Shown here in pieces: positions 45,748 through 56,640 of a stretch of 59,087 nucleotides of DNA. The translations under genes and the position numbers were made by a program. Each line of letters begins with the position of its first letter. The first letter of the stretch is position 1. Location: assembly GCA_026994915.1 (NCBI GenBank), contig JALWPY010000107.1:1-59087 (forward strand), given 5' to 3'. Below the pieces are notes generated by a model. The model made no database searches. It was not told where the DNA came from and was given only the letters and a program-made list of their open reading frames with translations. The stretch is from Campylobacterales bacterium (GTDB lineage: Bacteria; Campylobacterota; Campylobacteria; Campylobacterales; QNZT01).

Positions 45748-47139
45748 TTACGCTTTGGGGGCGATCATCTCTTCGGGCTTGACATATTTGTCAAACTCCT
45801 CTTCAGTCAACAGTCCCAGTTTCAGTGCTGCCTCTTTGAGTGTCGATCCGTCCGCATGTGCTGTCTTTGCAATCTTCGCTGCATTTTCATATCCGATATG
45901 CGGATTGAGTGCAGTGACCAGCATCAGCGAGTTGTGCAGATATTCGTCGATCTTTTCACGGTTCGGTTCGATTCCGACAGCCGCATTATCGTTGAATGAT
46001 ACGATGCTGTCTGCAAGCAGCCTGACCGACTGCAAAAAGTTATAGGCGATGACCGGTTTGAAGACATTGAGTTCAAAGTTACCCTGACTCGCCGCAATAC
46101 CGATCGTCGTATCGTTCCCCATGACCTGACATGCCACCATCGTGACCGCTTCGGACTGTGTTGGATTGACTTTGCCCGGCATGATCGAACTGCCCGGTTC
46201 GTTGGCGGGAATGGAGATCTCACCGATACCACATCTCGGACCCGATGCCAGCCAACGTACATCGTTGGCGATCTTCATCATATCCGCAGCCAGTGCTTTG
46301 AGTGCACCATGTGCAAACACGAGTGCATCATGCGAAGTGAGTGCATGAAATTTATTGGGTGCTGTGATAAAATCGTGCCCGGTCAATTCACTGATCTTTT
46401 TTGCAACCCTTTCACCCAGCTCCGGATGGGCGTTGAGCCCTGTTCCGACCGCTGTACCACCCAGTGCCAGTTCGCGTACCGCCTCGAGGGAATCGGAGAT
46501 CATCTTACGGCTTTTACGAAGCATCTCGACCCATCCGCTGATCTCCTGTCCAAGTGTCAGAGGTGTCGCATCCTGCAGGTGCGTACGACCGATTTTGACG
46601 ATATCTTTAAACGCTTCTGCTTTTTCGCTCAGTGTCTTTTCCAGTTTATCGATAGCAGGCAGAAGATTCTCTTCGACCGCTATGACTGCGGCAACATGCA
46701 GTGCAGTCGGGTAAGTGTCGTTGGAGCTCTGTGATTTGTTGACGTCGTCGTTTGGATGTACTACTTTGTTGGTTCTGAAGTCTTCTCCGAGTATCTCGGT
46801 AGCACGGTTCGCAAGGACTTCATTCATGTTCATATTGGACTGGGTTCCCGAACCGGTCTGCCAGACAACCAACGGGAAATTCCCGGCTAGTTTACCTGAC
46901 AGTACATCGTCTGCCGCCTGTGCGATCGCTTCCGCTTTTTTGGCGTCAAGCTTGCCCAGATCTTTGTTGACTAGCGCTACCGCTTTTTTGAGAATGGCAA
47001 AGGCACGAATAATCTCGTCAGGCATCTTCTCTTCACCGATTCTGAAGTTTTGAATACTGCGCTGTGTCTGTGCCGCCCAGTAGGCATCTTTTGGTACCTC
47101 AATCTCACCCATAGTATCTTTTTCAATTCTTGTCTGCAT
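45748..47139 (-). CDS. fumC: Class II fumarate hydratase
   Basis: 463 aa with the [11 protein letters not shown] signature loop and [11 protein letters not shown]. Confidence 0.95.
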   Translation of the reverse strand: MQTRIEKDTMGEIEVPKDAYWAAQTQRSIQNFRIGEEKMPDEIIRAFAILKKAVALVNKDLGKLDAKKAEAIAQAADDVLSGKLAGNFPLVVWQTGSGTQSNMNMNEVLANRATEILGEDFRTNKVVHPNDDVNKSQSSNDTYPTALHVAAVIAVEENLLPAIDKLEKTLSEKAEAFKDIVKIGRTHLQDATPLTLGQEISGWVEMLRKSRKMISDSLEAVRELALGGTAVGTGLNAHPELGERVAKKISELTGHDFITAPNKFHALTSHDALVFAHGALKALAADMMKIANDVRWLASGPRCGIGEISIPANEPGSSIMPGKVNPTQSEAVTMVACQVMGNDTTIGIAASQGNFELNVFKPVIAYNFLQSVRLLADSIVSFNDNAAVGIEPNREKIDEYLHNSLMLVTALNPHIGYENAAKIAKTAHADGSTLKEAALKLGLLTEEEFDKYVKPEEMIAPKA

Positions 47140-47141
47140 GG

Positions 47142-48095
47142 TTATTGATCTCCAAAAAAGTTATTTTTGTTAAGCGTATCTATCAGTGCTCTGACTGAAT
47201 CGACACTCTTTTTGAACTGCGCTTCCTGTTTTTCATTGAGTGAGACTTCAATGATCTTCTCAACACCTCTGGCACCCAGTGCCACCGGTACACCTGTAAC
47301 TACATCACTGTAGCCATACTCACCCTCCAGCATAACGGCGCATGGGAAGATCTGTTTGGTATCTTTGAGGATCGCTTCGACCATGATTGCCGTCGATTTG
47401 GCCGGTGCGTAGTAGGCAGAACCGGTTTTGAGATAGCTGACGATCTCCGCACCGCCATGGCGTGTCTTTTCGACAATCTCTTCAATCTCTTCATCGCTGA
47501 GCAGGTCAGTCAACGGAACACCTGCAATCGTGGAGAATCTGGGAAGCGGCACCATGTCGTCACCGTGACCGCCCATAACAGAAGCTCTGATCTGTCCTGC
47601 ACCGTAGCCCACTTTTTCGTAGATGAAGTGCGCCATGCGTGCGCTGTCGAGGATACCCGCCATGCCGACAACTCTGTTGCGTTCCCATCCGGTCTCTCTG
47701 ATTGCTGTATAGACCATCGCATCAAGTGGGTTGGAAACAGGTACAAGGATAGCGTTTGGAGAGTATTTTTTGATGTCGTTGACTACCTCTTTCATGATCT
47801 TTGCATTGACCATCAGCAGATCATCACGACTCATACCGGGAAGTCTGGGGCTTCCCGCAGTGATGACGATAACATCACAATCCGTCAGCTGACTCATATC
47901 TTCTGCGACGGAGACCACCGTATGCTGTCTGGCAGCATTGGCTGCCTGACTCATATCCAGAGCCATCCCTTTGGCTCTGTCCACTTTGTTGTCTCTGAGA
48001 ATAATCTCATGACTCACACCTTTCATAGCGAGTGAATAGGCGACCGTTGCCCCTACATTTCCCGCGCCTACAATTCCGACTCTCGTACCTTTCAT
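47142..48095 (-). CDS. mdh: Malate dehydrogenase (LDH-like type)
   Basis: 317 aa with [26 protein letters not shown] and GGHGD. Confidence 0.9.
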   Translation of the reverse strand: MKGTRVGIVGAGNVGATVAYSLAMKGVSHEIILRDNKVDRAKGMALDMSQAANAARQHTVVSVAEDMSQLTDCDVIVITAGSPRLPGMSRDDLLMVNAKIMKEVVNDIKKYSPNAILVPVSNPLDAMVYTAIRETGWERNRVVGMAGILDSARMAHFIYEKVGYGAGQIRASVMGGHGDDMVPLPRFSTIAGVPLTDLLSDEEIEEIVEKTRHGGAEIVSYLKTGSAYYAPAKSTAIMVEAILKDTKQIFPCAVMLEGEYGYSDVVTGVPVALGARGVEKIIEVSLNEKQEAQFKKSVDSVRALIDTLNKNNFFGDQ

Positions 48096-48172
48096 ATTGC
48101 TCCTTTGGTTTTCTGCAAAAACCTATAACTAAATGATCATCTCCAATCAAACAATTATAGATTTTATGTTCA

Positions 48173-48195
48173 GAAGCGGGAGAGACTCCCGCTTC
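48173..48195 (-). terminator. GC-rich hairpin between icd and mdh (no clear U-tract)
   Basis: GAAGCGGGAG (48173-48182), AGA, then CTCCCGCTTC (48186-48195), 16 nt after the icd stop. This is a perfect 10-bp stem with no T-run on either strand. Confidence 0.4.
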
Positions 48196-48210
48196 ACTCT
48201 CATATTTCTA

Positions 48211-50388
48211 TCAGATAGAATCGATGATTTTGTTGAGTGTTTCACTCGGACGCATCGCTTTTTCAGCTTTTGCATCATCCGGATGGTAGTATCCACCGAT
48301 GTCCTGCGGTTTACCCTCAACTGCCATAAGTTCTTCGATGATCTTCTCTTCGTTGGCCACCAAAGCTTCTGCGACAGGTGTGAACTTCTCGGCAAGCTCA
48401 GGTACTGCAGTCTGGGTGCTCAGTGCTTCCGCCCAGTAGCGCGCAACATAGTAGTGGGAAGCTTTGTTGTCAGGCTGACCACATTTTCTGCCAGGTGCTT
48501 TGTCGTTATCCAGATAACCTTCATTTGCCTTGTCGAGGGCTTCTGTCAGTGCACCGATCTTGTCAGAACCACCTTTTTGGTACTCCATTCTCAGCGATTC
48601 CGCAAGTGCGAGGAATTCACCCAGAGAGTCCCATCTGAGGTGCCCTTCTTTCAGGAACTGCTCAACATGTTTAGGTGCTGATCCACCTGCACCTGTTTCG
48701 AAGAGTCCTCCACCTGCCAGAAGTGGTACGATCGAGAGCATCTTGGCACTGGTACCGAGCTCGAGAATCGGATACATATCAGTCAGGTGGTCTCTGAGAA
48801 CGTTGCCTGTTACTGCGATCGTATTTTTACCTGCTCTGATACGCTCATTGGTAAATCTCGTTGCAGCTTTGACATCCATGATCTTGATATCGAGTCCGGT
48901 TGTGTCATGATCATCAAGATATTTTTTTACTTTATTGATCATCTGTGCATCATGCGCTCTGTTCTCGTCGAGCCAGAATACAACAGGATATCCTTCCAGT
49001 TTTCCTCTCTCTACCGCAAGTCTGACCCAGTCTCTGATCGGAATATCTTTTGCACGGCTCATTCTCCAGATATCACCTTTCTCACACTCGAAGCGCATCA
49101 GTTCTGTACCGTCTTCTGCAGTTACAGTAACATTGCCCGCTTCAGGCAACTCGAATGTTGTCGGATGTGAACCGTACTCTTCCGCTTTCTGTGCCATCAA
49201 ACCGACATTTTGCATCGTACCCATCGTTTTGACATCGAACTGACCGTTTTTCACACAGTCCGCCATCATCTCCTCATGGAACATCGCATAAGTACTGTCC
49301 GGAATAACGGCAACAGTTTCAAGCGCGTCACCATGTCTGTCCCACTGTTTACCACCTTCTCTGATCACAACCGGCATAGAAGCATCGATGATGATATCGT
49401 TGGGGGCATTGAAGTTAGTCGTACCTTTGTCAGAATCGACCATTGCGATTTTCGGATCATCTGCATCGACAACTGCCTGGAAAGCTGCTTTGATCTCCGC
49501 TTCTTTGGGATGACCGGCGATCTTTTTCTCCAGATCTGCCATACCAAGGTTTGGATTGACACCAAGCTCTTTGAAAACATCACCATACTTTTTGAAAACA
49601 TCTTCAAAGAAGATTTCAAAACCGTGTCCAAACATGATAGGATCGGAGATCTTCATCATCGTCGCTTTGAGGTGCAGAGACCAGATGAGACCATTCTTTT
49701 TCGCATCATCGATCGTTTTTCTGTAGAACTCTCTCAAAGCAGATACGGACATAAATGTACCGTCGAGGATCTCGCCTTCAAGTGCATCGATAGTTTTGAG
49801 CTCTTTACCGTTCAGTGCGATCGTCACTTTCTGTGCTTTATCCATCGTGACTGATTTCTCATTGCCATAGAAGTCACCGTGACCTGCCATATGTGCAACA
49901 TGCGCTTTGGAGTTTTCAGCAAACGGCTTGAGTCTGTGCGGATGCTCCTGTGCATACTTTTTAACCGCTTTCGCAGCACGTCTGTCGGAGTTCCCCTCTC
50001 TGAGTACAGGGTTGACAGCTGAACCAAGGCATGTTGCATATTTCGCCTGAATCTCTCTCTCTGCGTCTGTCTTCGGATTTTCAGGATAATCAGGGATCTT
50101 ATGGCCCTGTGACTGCAACTCTGCGATACACTCTTTGAGCTGTCCGACTGAAGCTGAGATATTGGGAAGTTTGATGATATTTGCTTCCGGTTTGGTTACC
50201 AGTTCACCGAGTCTCGCCAGATTGTCTTCTGCGATACCCATTGCTGCCAGCACACGGCCTGCGAGTGAAATATCACTCTGCTCGACCTCTACGCCTGCTG
50301 CATCACAAAATTTAGAGACGATTGGGAAAAGCGAGTAAGTCGCCAGAGCGGGAGCTTCATCAATTTTCGACCAAATGATTTTTGCCAT
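48211..50388 (-). CDS. icd: Monomeric NADP-dependent isocitrate dehydrogenase
   Basis: 725 aa, the size class of monomeric IDH. The N-terminus MAKIIWSKIDEAPALATYSLFPIV is characteristic of the family. Confidence 0.92.
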   Translation of the reverse strand: MAKIIWSKIDEAPALATYSLFPIVSKFCDAAGVEVEQSDISLAGRVLAAMGIAEDNLARLGELVTKPEANIIKLPNISASVGQLKECIAELQSQGHKIPDYPENPKTDAEREIQAKYATCLGSAVNPVLREGNSDRRAAKAVKKYAQEHPHRLKPFAENSKAHVAHMAGHGDFYGNEKSVTMDKAQKVTIALNGKELKTIDALEGEILDGTFMSVSALREFYRKTIDDAKKNGLIWSLHLKATMMKISDPIMFGHGFEIFFEDVFKKYGDVFKELGVNPNLGMADLEKKIAGHPKEAEIKAAFQAVVDADDPKIAMVDSDKGTTNFNAPNDIIIDASMPVVIREGGKQWDRHGDALETVAVIPDSTYAMFHEEMMADCVKNGQFDVKTMGTMQNVGLMAQKAEEYGSHPTTFELPEAGNVTVTAEDGTELMRFECEKGDIWRMSRAKDIPIRDWVRLAVERGKLEGYPVVFWLDENRAHDAQMINKVKKYLDDHDTTGLDIKIMDVKAATRFTNERIRAGKNTIAVTGNVLRDHLTDMYPILELGTSAKMLSIVPLLAGGGLFETGAGGSAPKHVEQFLKEGHLRWDSLGEFLALAESLRMEYQKGGSDKIGALTEALDKANEGYLDNDKAPGRKCGQPDNKASHYYVARYWAEALSTQTAVPELAEKFTPVAEALVANEEKIIEELMAVEGKPQDIGGYYHPDDAKAEKAMRPSETLNKIIDSI

Positions 50389-50509
50389 GTTATGATTCCT
50401 TGTTCTTTTAGATTTGTGAGATAATATTATCAGGATTTATGTTTGTTTAGTATAAAATGTTACTATATGAAACACATAGAAAGAGCATAGTGTTTCATTT
50501 TTTCACACA

Positions 50510-51463
50510 TTATTTTTGATGTATATTTTGCAGATGCTTCCGATAACTGTTTGAAAATTGATGTGTTCCGTTTTTACCTCTGACAAAATAGAGATAGTTC
50601 ACGCTCGCAGGATGTATTGCTGCCTTGATTGCAGCTGTGCTGACAGTACAGACAGGCCAGGGAGGAAGTGCAGCTATCTTATATGTATTATAAGAGGAGT
50701 TATCTTCCTGAATACGTTTCGGCGTCACTTTGACATGTGAGTATTTGCCGTAATTAAGCGTACCGTCCATCTGAAGTTTCATCTTACGTTTCAGACGGTT
50801 GTAAATCACGGCAGAGATCAGAGGCATCTCTTTTTGATTGGCTGCCTCTTTCTGGACGATCGAAGCGATAGTAATATATTTGCTGAACCACTCCTTTGCA
50901 TCGAAGTGGCCCAGCTCTTTCTTGGCGATCTGACGGTGTTTCTGCATCGATTGCCCGATAAGATAGTGGACAAGTCCCTCTTCATCGATTCCTTTGGGCA
51001 CACTATAGGTCTCTGCGATCAAAACCCCTTCGGGTATCTCTGTCTCTTTGCGGTAAGCATCCAGAAGTCTGGTCTCATTCAGATCCAGCGATTTCGCCAG
51101 ATTGCCCAAGAATACTTCAGTCGTTTCACCCGGAATGAGTGTCACCTTCTGAAGTGCTGCTTTGGCATGTGTAATCTTGTAGAGAAATTTGCCTCTTGGC
51201 ATATGTGTCGTTCCCAGATCGATCCAGCCTGCCTGAGGATATCCGATCAGTTTGATCAAATAGTAATCACGTCTATCAACCGGGATACCACGCTTTTGCA
51301 ATGCCATGATAGCAGATCTGGACGAGCCTTTCGGGATGTAGAGTGTGCGGGGAACAGTGATCTCCTCCTGTAGATAGTGTTTGAAGTAGAAAAATGCACC
51401 GACTGCACCAGCACCGGCAAAGAGTATCAGAAGAAGAACTATTTTGAGAATTTTTGTCAGCAT
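50510..51463 (-). CDS. mltG: Endolytic murein transglycosylase MltG (YceG-like)
   Basis: 317 aa with a single N-terminal TM helix and a YceG-like domain (ASIVQKEA, NRLKRKMKLQMDGTLNY, YNTYKIAALPPWPV). Confidence 0.85.
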   Translation of the reverse strand: MLTKILKIVLLLILFAGAGAVGAFFYFKHYLQEEITVPRTLYIPKGSSRSAIMALQKRGIPVDRRDYYLIKLIGYPQAGWIDLGTTHMPRGKFLYKITHAKAALQKVTLIPGETTEVFLGNLAKSLDLNETRLLDAYRKETEIPEGVLIAETYSVPKGIDEEGLVHYLIGQSMQKHRQIAKKELGHFDAKEWFSKYITIASIVQKEAANQKEMPLISAVIYNRLKRKMKLQMDGTLNYGKYSHVKVTPKRIQEDNSSYNTYKIAALPPWPVCTVSTAAIKAAIHPASVNYLYFVRGKNGTHQFSNSYRKHLQNIHQK

Positions 51464-51473
51464 ATATCTATAC

Positions 51474-51497
51474 CTTCCCCCGAAAAAGCGGGGGAAG
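51474..51497 (-). other. GC-rich hairpin between acnB stop and mltG start that includes the mltG SD
   Basis: CTTCCCCCG (51474-51482), a 6-nt loop, then CGGGGGAAG (51489-51497). On the minus-strand RNA the 3' arm runs into GGAAGG, 9 nt upstream of the mltG ATG. Confidence 0.4.
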
Positions 51498-51505
51498 ATT
51501 TTGGC

Positions 51506-54085
51506 CTATTTGACCATCTCTTCGAGCATCTCCGGCTCGACCTGGTCAAAGTTGAGATATTTGTAGACTTTATCACGCATCTCAGGAGTGATCTTCTTGT
51601 TGACGATCTCCAGATACTCCTCTTTGCTCGGCATACGACCAAGGATTGCAGCGACTGCTGCCACTTCTGCAGATCCGAGATAGACCTGTGCACCTTTACC
51701 CAGACGATTGTCGAAGTTTCTGGTACTGGTTGAGAAGACGACTGCATTGTCCGCAACACGTGCCTGGTTCCCCATACAGAGTGAACAGCCGGGAACTTCC
51801 GTACGCGCACCTGCAGTACCGTAGATAGAGTAGTAGCCCTCTTCGATCAGTGTCTTCTCATCCATCTTGGTAGGTGGAACGACCCATAGTTTGGACTTGA
51901 CTGCCCCTTCACCCTTGAGCACTTCACCAAGCGCTCTGAAGAGTCCGATGTTGGTCATACAGGAACCGACAAAGACTTCATCGATCTTCTCTGTCGGACG
52001 TTTCTCATCCGCCAGTACTTCTGTCAGTGTCGCAACGTCATCCGGATCGTTCGGGCAGGCGACGATCGGCTCGGTCACTTCATTGAGATCGATCTCGATG
52101 ACGGCAGCGTAACTGGCATCTTCGTCTCTCTCGAGCAGTTCAGGATTTTCGATCCATGCTTTCATCTTGTCCGCACGCCGCTGGAGAGTCTGCGCATCCT
52201 GATAGCCATCTTTGATCATCTGCTCGATCAGGGCGATGTTGGATTTCAGATACTCGATGATCGGCTCTTTGTTCAGTTTGACGGTACATGCCGCTGCACT
52301 TCTCTCGGCACTCGCATCCGCCAGCTCGAACGCCTGCTCACATTTCAGATCCGGAAGACCTTCGATCTCGAGAATTCGTCCGGCAAAGACATTTTTCTTC
52401 CCTTTTTTCTCGACAGTCAGCAAGCCCTGCTTGATTGCAAAGTAAGGAATCGCATTGACAAGGTCTCTCAGTGTGATACCCGGCTGCATCTCTCCCTTGA
52501 ATTTGACGAGAACCGATTCGGGCATTGTCAGAGGCATCATCCCTGTGACCGCAGCAAAAGCGACCAGACCGGATCCCGCCGGGAATGAGATACCGATCGG
52601 GAAACGGGTGTGTGAGTCACCGCCCGTACCGACAGTATCGGGCAGGACCATTCTGTTGAGCCATGAGTGGATAATCCCGTCACCCGGCTTCAAAATGACA
52701 CCTTTTCTGCTGGTCCAGAATGGTGGCAGCTCATGCTGCAGCTTCACATCGGAAGGTTTCGGATAGGCAGCTGTATGACAGAAAGACTGCAGAACTAGAT
52801 CGGCACCGAAGCTCAGAGCCGCCAGTTCTTTGATCTCATCTCTGGTCATAGGTCCTGTCGTATCCTGAGAACCGACTGTCATGACAACAGGCTCACAGTA
52901 GGTACCGGGTTTGACACCTTCCATACCGGCTGCTTTCCCGACCATCTTCTGTGCCAGTGTAAAACCTTTGCCGTCGTCTTCAGGCATATCAGGATGGAGG
53001 AATACATCACTTGCACCCAAACCGAGCGCTTCTCTCGCTTTGGCTGTCAGACCTTTACCGATAATCAGTGGAATACGTCCACCTGCACGCATCTCGTCGG
53101 GAAGTGTGTTTGGTTTGAGTTGAAATTCACTGACGACTTTCCCCTCTTTGTAGATCTTGCCTTCATAGGGCTTGACTGTGATGACATCGCCCATGAAGAG
53201 TTCGGAAACATCCGCTTCGATCGGCAGACATCCGGAATCTTCGGCAGTATTGAAGAAGATCGGCGCGATGATACCGCCGATGACGACACCACCGGTTCTT
53301 TTGTTCGGCACACCGGGAATATCATGCCCCAGATGCCACTGTACAGAGTTGATACCGGACTTTCTGGAGCTTCCCGTTCCGACGACGTCACCGACATAGG
53401 CCAGAGGATGTCCGAACTCTTTTTTGAGCTTTTCGATCGTACCGATGGGGTCATCCATCTTCGATTGCAGCATCGAAAGCGCATGCAAAGGAATATCCGA
53501 TCTGGTAAACGCTTCGGATGCGGGAGAGAGATCATCGGTATTGGTCTCACCGGGAACCTGGAAAACGGTCAGTGTCATCTCTTCAGGAATCGGCTCTTTG
53601 TTGAGGAACCACTCCGCATTTGCCCAGGATTCGATCACCTCTTTGGCAAAGGCATTGCCCTCATCCATCAGATTTTTAACGTCATTGAAAGAGTCATAGA
53701 CCAGAATCGTATGCTTCAGCTCATCGGCAGCCGCCTGCGCCACTTCTACATGCTCATGCTTGAGTGCTTCGACGAGAGGACCGACATTGTAACCACCCAG
53801 CATTGTTCCCAGTATTTTGATCGCGTCGACTTTGGTAATCGCTTTACAAGTTGCATCACCGACAACGATCGCATTGATAAACGCCGCTTTCACATACGCT
53901 GCATCATCCACACCAGGGCTGACATGATTTTCGAGCAGATCCATCAGATATGCTTCTTCAGGAATCGGATCCTGTTTCAGTAACTCAACCAGCTCGGCAG
54001 TCTGCTGTGCAGTCAAAGGAAGTGGAGGGATCCCCAGCTTCGCACGTTCTTCAGTGTGTGCTTTATACTCTTCTATTAAGCCCAT
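51506..54085 (-). CDS. acnB: Aconitate hydratase B (bifunctional aconitase 2 / 2-methylisocitrate dehydratase)
   Basis: 859 aa. It has an N-terminal HEAT-like AcnB domain ([24 protein letters not shown]), the swivel domain placed before the catalytic domains, and cluster cysteines ([16 protein letters not shown]). Confidence 0.95.
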   Translation of the reverse strand: MGLIEEYKAHTEERAKLGIPPLPLTAQQTAELVELLKQDPIPEEAYLMDLLENHVSPGVDDAAYVKAAFINAIVVGDATCKAITKVDAIKILGTMLGGYNVGPLVEALKHEHVEVAQAAADELKHTILVYDSFNDVKNLMDEGNAFAKEVIESWANAEWFLNKEPIPEEMTLTVFQVPGETNTDDLSPASEAFTRSDIPLHALSMLQSKMDDPIGTIEKLKKEFGHPLAYVGDVVGTGSSRKSGINSVQWHLGHDIPGVPNKRTGGVVIGGIIAPIFFNTAEDSGCLPIEADVSELFMGDVITVKPYEGKIYKEGKVVSEFQLKPNTLPDEMRAGGRIPLIIGKGLTAKAREALGLGASDVFLHPDMPEDDGKGFTLAQKMVGKAAGMEGVKPGTYCEPVVMTVGSQDTTGPMTRDEIKELAALSFGADLVLQSFCHTAAYPKPSDVKLQHELPPFWTSRKGVILKPGDGIIHSWLNRMVLPDTVGTGGDSHTRFPIGISFPAGSGLVAFAAVTGMMPLTMPESVLVKFKGEMQPGITLRDLVNAIPYFAIKQGLLTVEKKGKKNVFAGRILEIEGLPDLKCEQAFELADASAERSAAACTVKLNKEPIIEYLKSNIALIEQMIKDGYQDAQTLQRRADKMKAWIENPELLERDEDASYAAVIEIDLNEVTEPIVACPNDPDDVATLTEVLADEKRPTEKIDEVFVGSCMTNIGLFRALGEVLKGEGAVKSKLWVVPPTKMDEKTLIEEGYYSIYGTAGARTEVPGCSLCMGNQARVADNAVVFSTSTRNFDNRLGKGAQVYLGSAEVAAVAAILGRMPSKEEYLEIVNKKITPEMRDKVYKYLNFDQVEPEMLEEMVK

Positions 54086-54196
54086 TAAATTCTCCTTACA
54101 TAATATGTATACGATTATACTGGAATGTCAGTTGAAGTCCAATCAACTGTTACTTTTAGTAACATCAATTATCTCTCAAGTTACCAAAAGTTACAA

Positions 54197-56485
54197 TCAG
54201 ACCAGTATCTCCCGCTGTCCTTTGGCATTGGGGGCGGAGATGACACCAGTCAGCTCCAGTTGCTCAACAATACGTGCCGCACGGTTGTATCCTATCTGCA
54301 GACGGCGTTGCAGATAGGATATCGAAGTTTTTTTGTCTGAGAGTACAATACTTTTCGCCTCTTCATAAAGTTCGTCGAAGTCGTCGTCACTCTTCTTGAC
54401 ATCTTCGGCACCTGTAATCATCAATGTGCCAGGTTCGTTGAGGAACGTTTCGTCATACTCCACTTCGCGCTGTGACTTCAGAAACTCCACGATCGTTTCG
54501 ATCTCCCGCTCAGTGATGAAAGGAGCATGCAGCCGAATCAGACCGGAGGTACCCGGCGGCGTGAAGAGCATATCGCCCCGTCCAAGCAGTGACTCCGCTC
54601 CAGTCGAATCGAGGATCACCTTAGAGTCGATCTTCTGCCCCACTTTGAAAGAGATACGGCTCGGCAGGTTCGCTTTGATCAATCCGGTGACGACGTCAAC
54701 CGAAGGACGCTGAGTTGCAACGATCAGATGGATACCGCTCGCACGCGCCATCTGTGCCAGTCGAGCGATGTAAAACTCCACATCTTTGCCGCTGGTCATC
54801 ATCAGATCCGCCAGCTCATCGATAATGACAACGATATAGGGAAAGGTGTCGTATCCCTCTCTCTTCGCCTTTTCGTTGTAGTTTTCGATATTTTTGGTTT
54901 TGGTCTTGCTCATCAGTTTGTAGCGCTTTTCCATCTCGACCACCATATTTGCAAGTGCCAGAATCGCCTGTTTGGCCTGAGTGATGACCGGCGTAAGCAG
55001 ATGGGGAATATCGTTGTAGATCGAAAACTCCAGCATCTTGGGGTCGATCATCAACAGTTTCAGATCGTCCGGCGAGTTGCGGTAGAGCAGCGAGACGAGC
55101 ATGGCATTGATACCCACACTCTTACCACTGCCTGTCGTACCGGCGATGAGCAGATGCGGCAGTTTTTTGAGGTCGGTGACGAAAGCGTTGCCTACGATAT
55201 CTTTGCCTATCGCCATCGTCAGCGGTGAAGCGGCTTTCTGAAATACCTGACTCTGCAGGATATCTTTGAGATAGATCGTATCGATCTCTTTGTTCGGGAT
55301 CTCGATACCCACGACATCTTTTCCCGGTACCGGCGCCTGAATACGGATCGTCTGCGCCTTGAGTGCCATTGCAAGGTCATCCTGAAGTGTCAAAATCTTT
55401 GAGACTTTGATATGCGCGTCGGGGCGAAACTCGAAAGTTGTGACGACAGGACCGGAATAGGTTGCGACCACATCGCCGGTGATCTTGAACTGCGCCAGCT
55501 TCTCCATCAGATCGACGATCTTCTGATCGATCTCCGCTTCGTTGATATGGTGGCGTTTTTTCGGTGGCGAATCGAGAAAATCGAGATAAGGCAGTTTGAA
55601 ATTTTTGGGTTTGTGGATTTTGGCACGTTTGTCCGTCGCGGCCAGATGGCGCTTGTTCTCTTCGATCTCGGTAACGAGATTGGCTTTTGGCTTTTGTACC
55701 GAGGTTGCTGCAGGCTCCCTTTTCGGACTCTTTTTCAGCTCACTCAGCTCTGTCTCGAGCTCCCTGCTCTCCTGACGAATCTGTGCAAATCTCTCTTCTG
55801 CACCCTCTTCTCTCACCTCTGCCGGTGCAAGAGCGACCGGAGCAGACTGGTGATGCAAAATCTCATCGATACTCCCATGATACTCCAGAACATCTTCGGA
55901 AGAATCTGTTGCATGTAAAGAGGCAGATGCAGCCGGTCTGCCCGGTTGTGGATACGGGGAGGGAGCGACCGGAGTATGTGAGGAGACAGGCACTTGTACC
56001 TGCATTGCAGGGTCGGAAGCAAGAGCGTTTGCAGAAACTCTGGCGGGAATAAGATTGCGCAACACAGCAATCTTCTCCAGCATCTCATCTTTAAGACGCC
56101 GAAAATAGTCCTGGATCCCGAAGGAGAGTGAGAAATTGTCCAGCGTCGCATTGGCCAGAAAAGCTGCGGAAGTGAGCAGCAGGCCGAAGATCACGACCCA
56201 GATCCCGACACTGCCGACATATTTCGTCAGGAAGGTGTCGATCCACTGTCCGACAATTCCCAGATAGCTGCTCTCGACCACTTTCGCCTGAAACATCAGA
56301 ATCGCGATGAAGAGGATCACTGCCGGAACCCAGATACGTGTACGTTCGATGCGTATGTGGGGATCTTTGTATACGAAATAGGCCGGTATAATCAAAAGAT
56401 AGGGGTAGATGAAAGCGACATAACCGAAAAAGACACGGTTGTAGAGGCCTATGACCGATCCGATCTTTCCCGATGCGCCTGGCAT
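54197..56485 (-). CDS. ftsK: DNA translocase FtsK
   Basis: It has N-terminal TM helices, a proline/acid-rich linker, a motor domain with Walker A GTTGSGKSV and Walker B VVIIDELADL, and a C-terminal gamma winged helix (SISYLQRRLQIGYNRAARI). The true start is probably upstream of the first ATG (see findings). Confidence 0.9.
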   Translation of the reverse strand: MPGASGKIGSVIGLYNRVFFGYVAFIYPYLLIIPAYFVYKDPHIRIERTRIWVPAVILFIAILMFQAKVVESSYLGIVGQWIDTFLTKYVGSVGIWVVIFGLLLTSAAFLANATLDNFSLSFGIQDYFRRLKDEMLEKIAVLRNLIPARVSANALASDPAMQVQVPVSSHTPVAPSPYPQPGRPAASASLHATDSSEDVLEYHGSIDEILHHQSAPVALAPAEVREEGAEERFAQIRQESRELETELSELKKSPKREPAATSVQKPKANLVTEIEENKRHLAATDKRAKIHKPKNFKLPYLDFLDSPPKKRHHINEAEIDQKIVDLMEKLAQFKITGDVVATYSGPVVTTFEFRPDAHIKVSKILTLQDDLAMALKAQTIRIQAPVPGKDVVGIEIPNKEIDTIYLKDILQSQVFQKAASPLTMAIGKDIVGNAFVTDLKKLPHLLIAGTTGSGKSVGINAMLVSLLYRNSPDDLKLLMIDPKMLEFSIYNDIPHLLTPVITQAKQAILALANMVVEMEKRYKLMSKTKTKNIENYNEKAKREGYDTFPYIVVIIDELADLMMTSGKDVEFYIARLAQMARASGIHLIVATQRPSVDVVTGLIKANLPSRISFKVGQKIDSKVILDSTGAESLLGRGDMLFTPPGTSGLIRLHAPFITEREIETIVEFLKSQREVEYDETFLNEPGTLMITGAEDVKKSDDDFDELYEEAKSIVLSDKKTSISYLQRRLQIGYNRAARIVEQLELTGVISAPNAKGQREILV

Positions 56486-56581
56486 AAAGGTCGCAAAGCC
56501 GATAAATACAAAAATAAGAGCAGTAATTATGAAGAGAATAGTTCTTAAAATAGTTTTACCTTCTATACAATTTTTGCATAG

Positions 56582-56590
56582 ATTATAGCA
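56582..56590 (-). promoter_or_regulatory. Extended -10 promoter element TGcTATAAT upstream of ftsK
   Basis: The plus-strand ATTATAGCA equals TGCTATAAT on the minus strand, in a T-rich context. It lies 97 nt upstream of the first in-frame ATG and about 31 nt upstream of a candidate ATT start. Confidence 0.4.
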
Positions 56591-56640
56591 AAAAACTATT
56601 TTTATTTAACAATAGGATTCTGTGACTGAAGCTCGTATGC

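Noticed and set aside
40632-54085. Calling the oor/suc/fum/mdh/icd/acn block a reductive TCA (carbon fixation) module.
   Set aside because: All these enzymes are reversible or shared with the oxidative cycle. The diagnostic ATP-citrate lyase (aclAB) or citryl-CoA enzymes are not in the window. Heterotrophic Campylobacter has a near-identical cluster.
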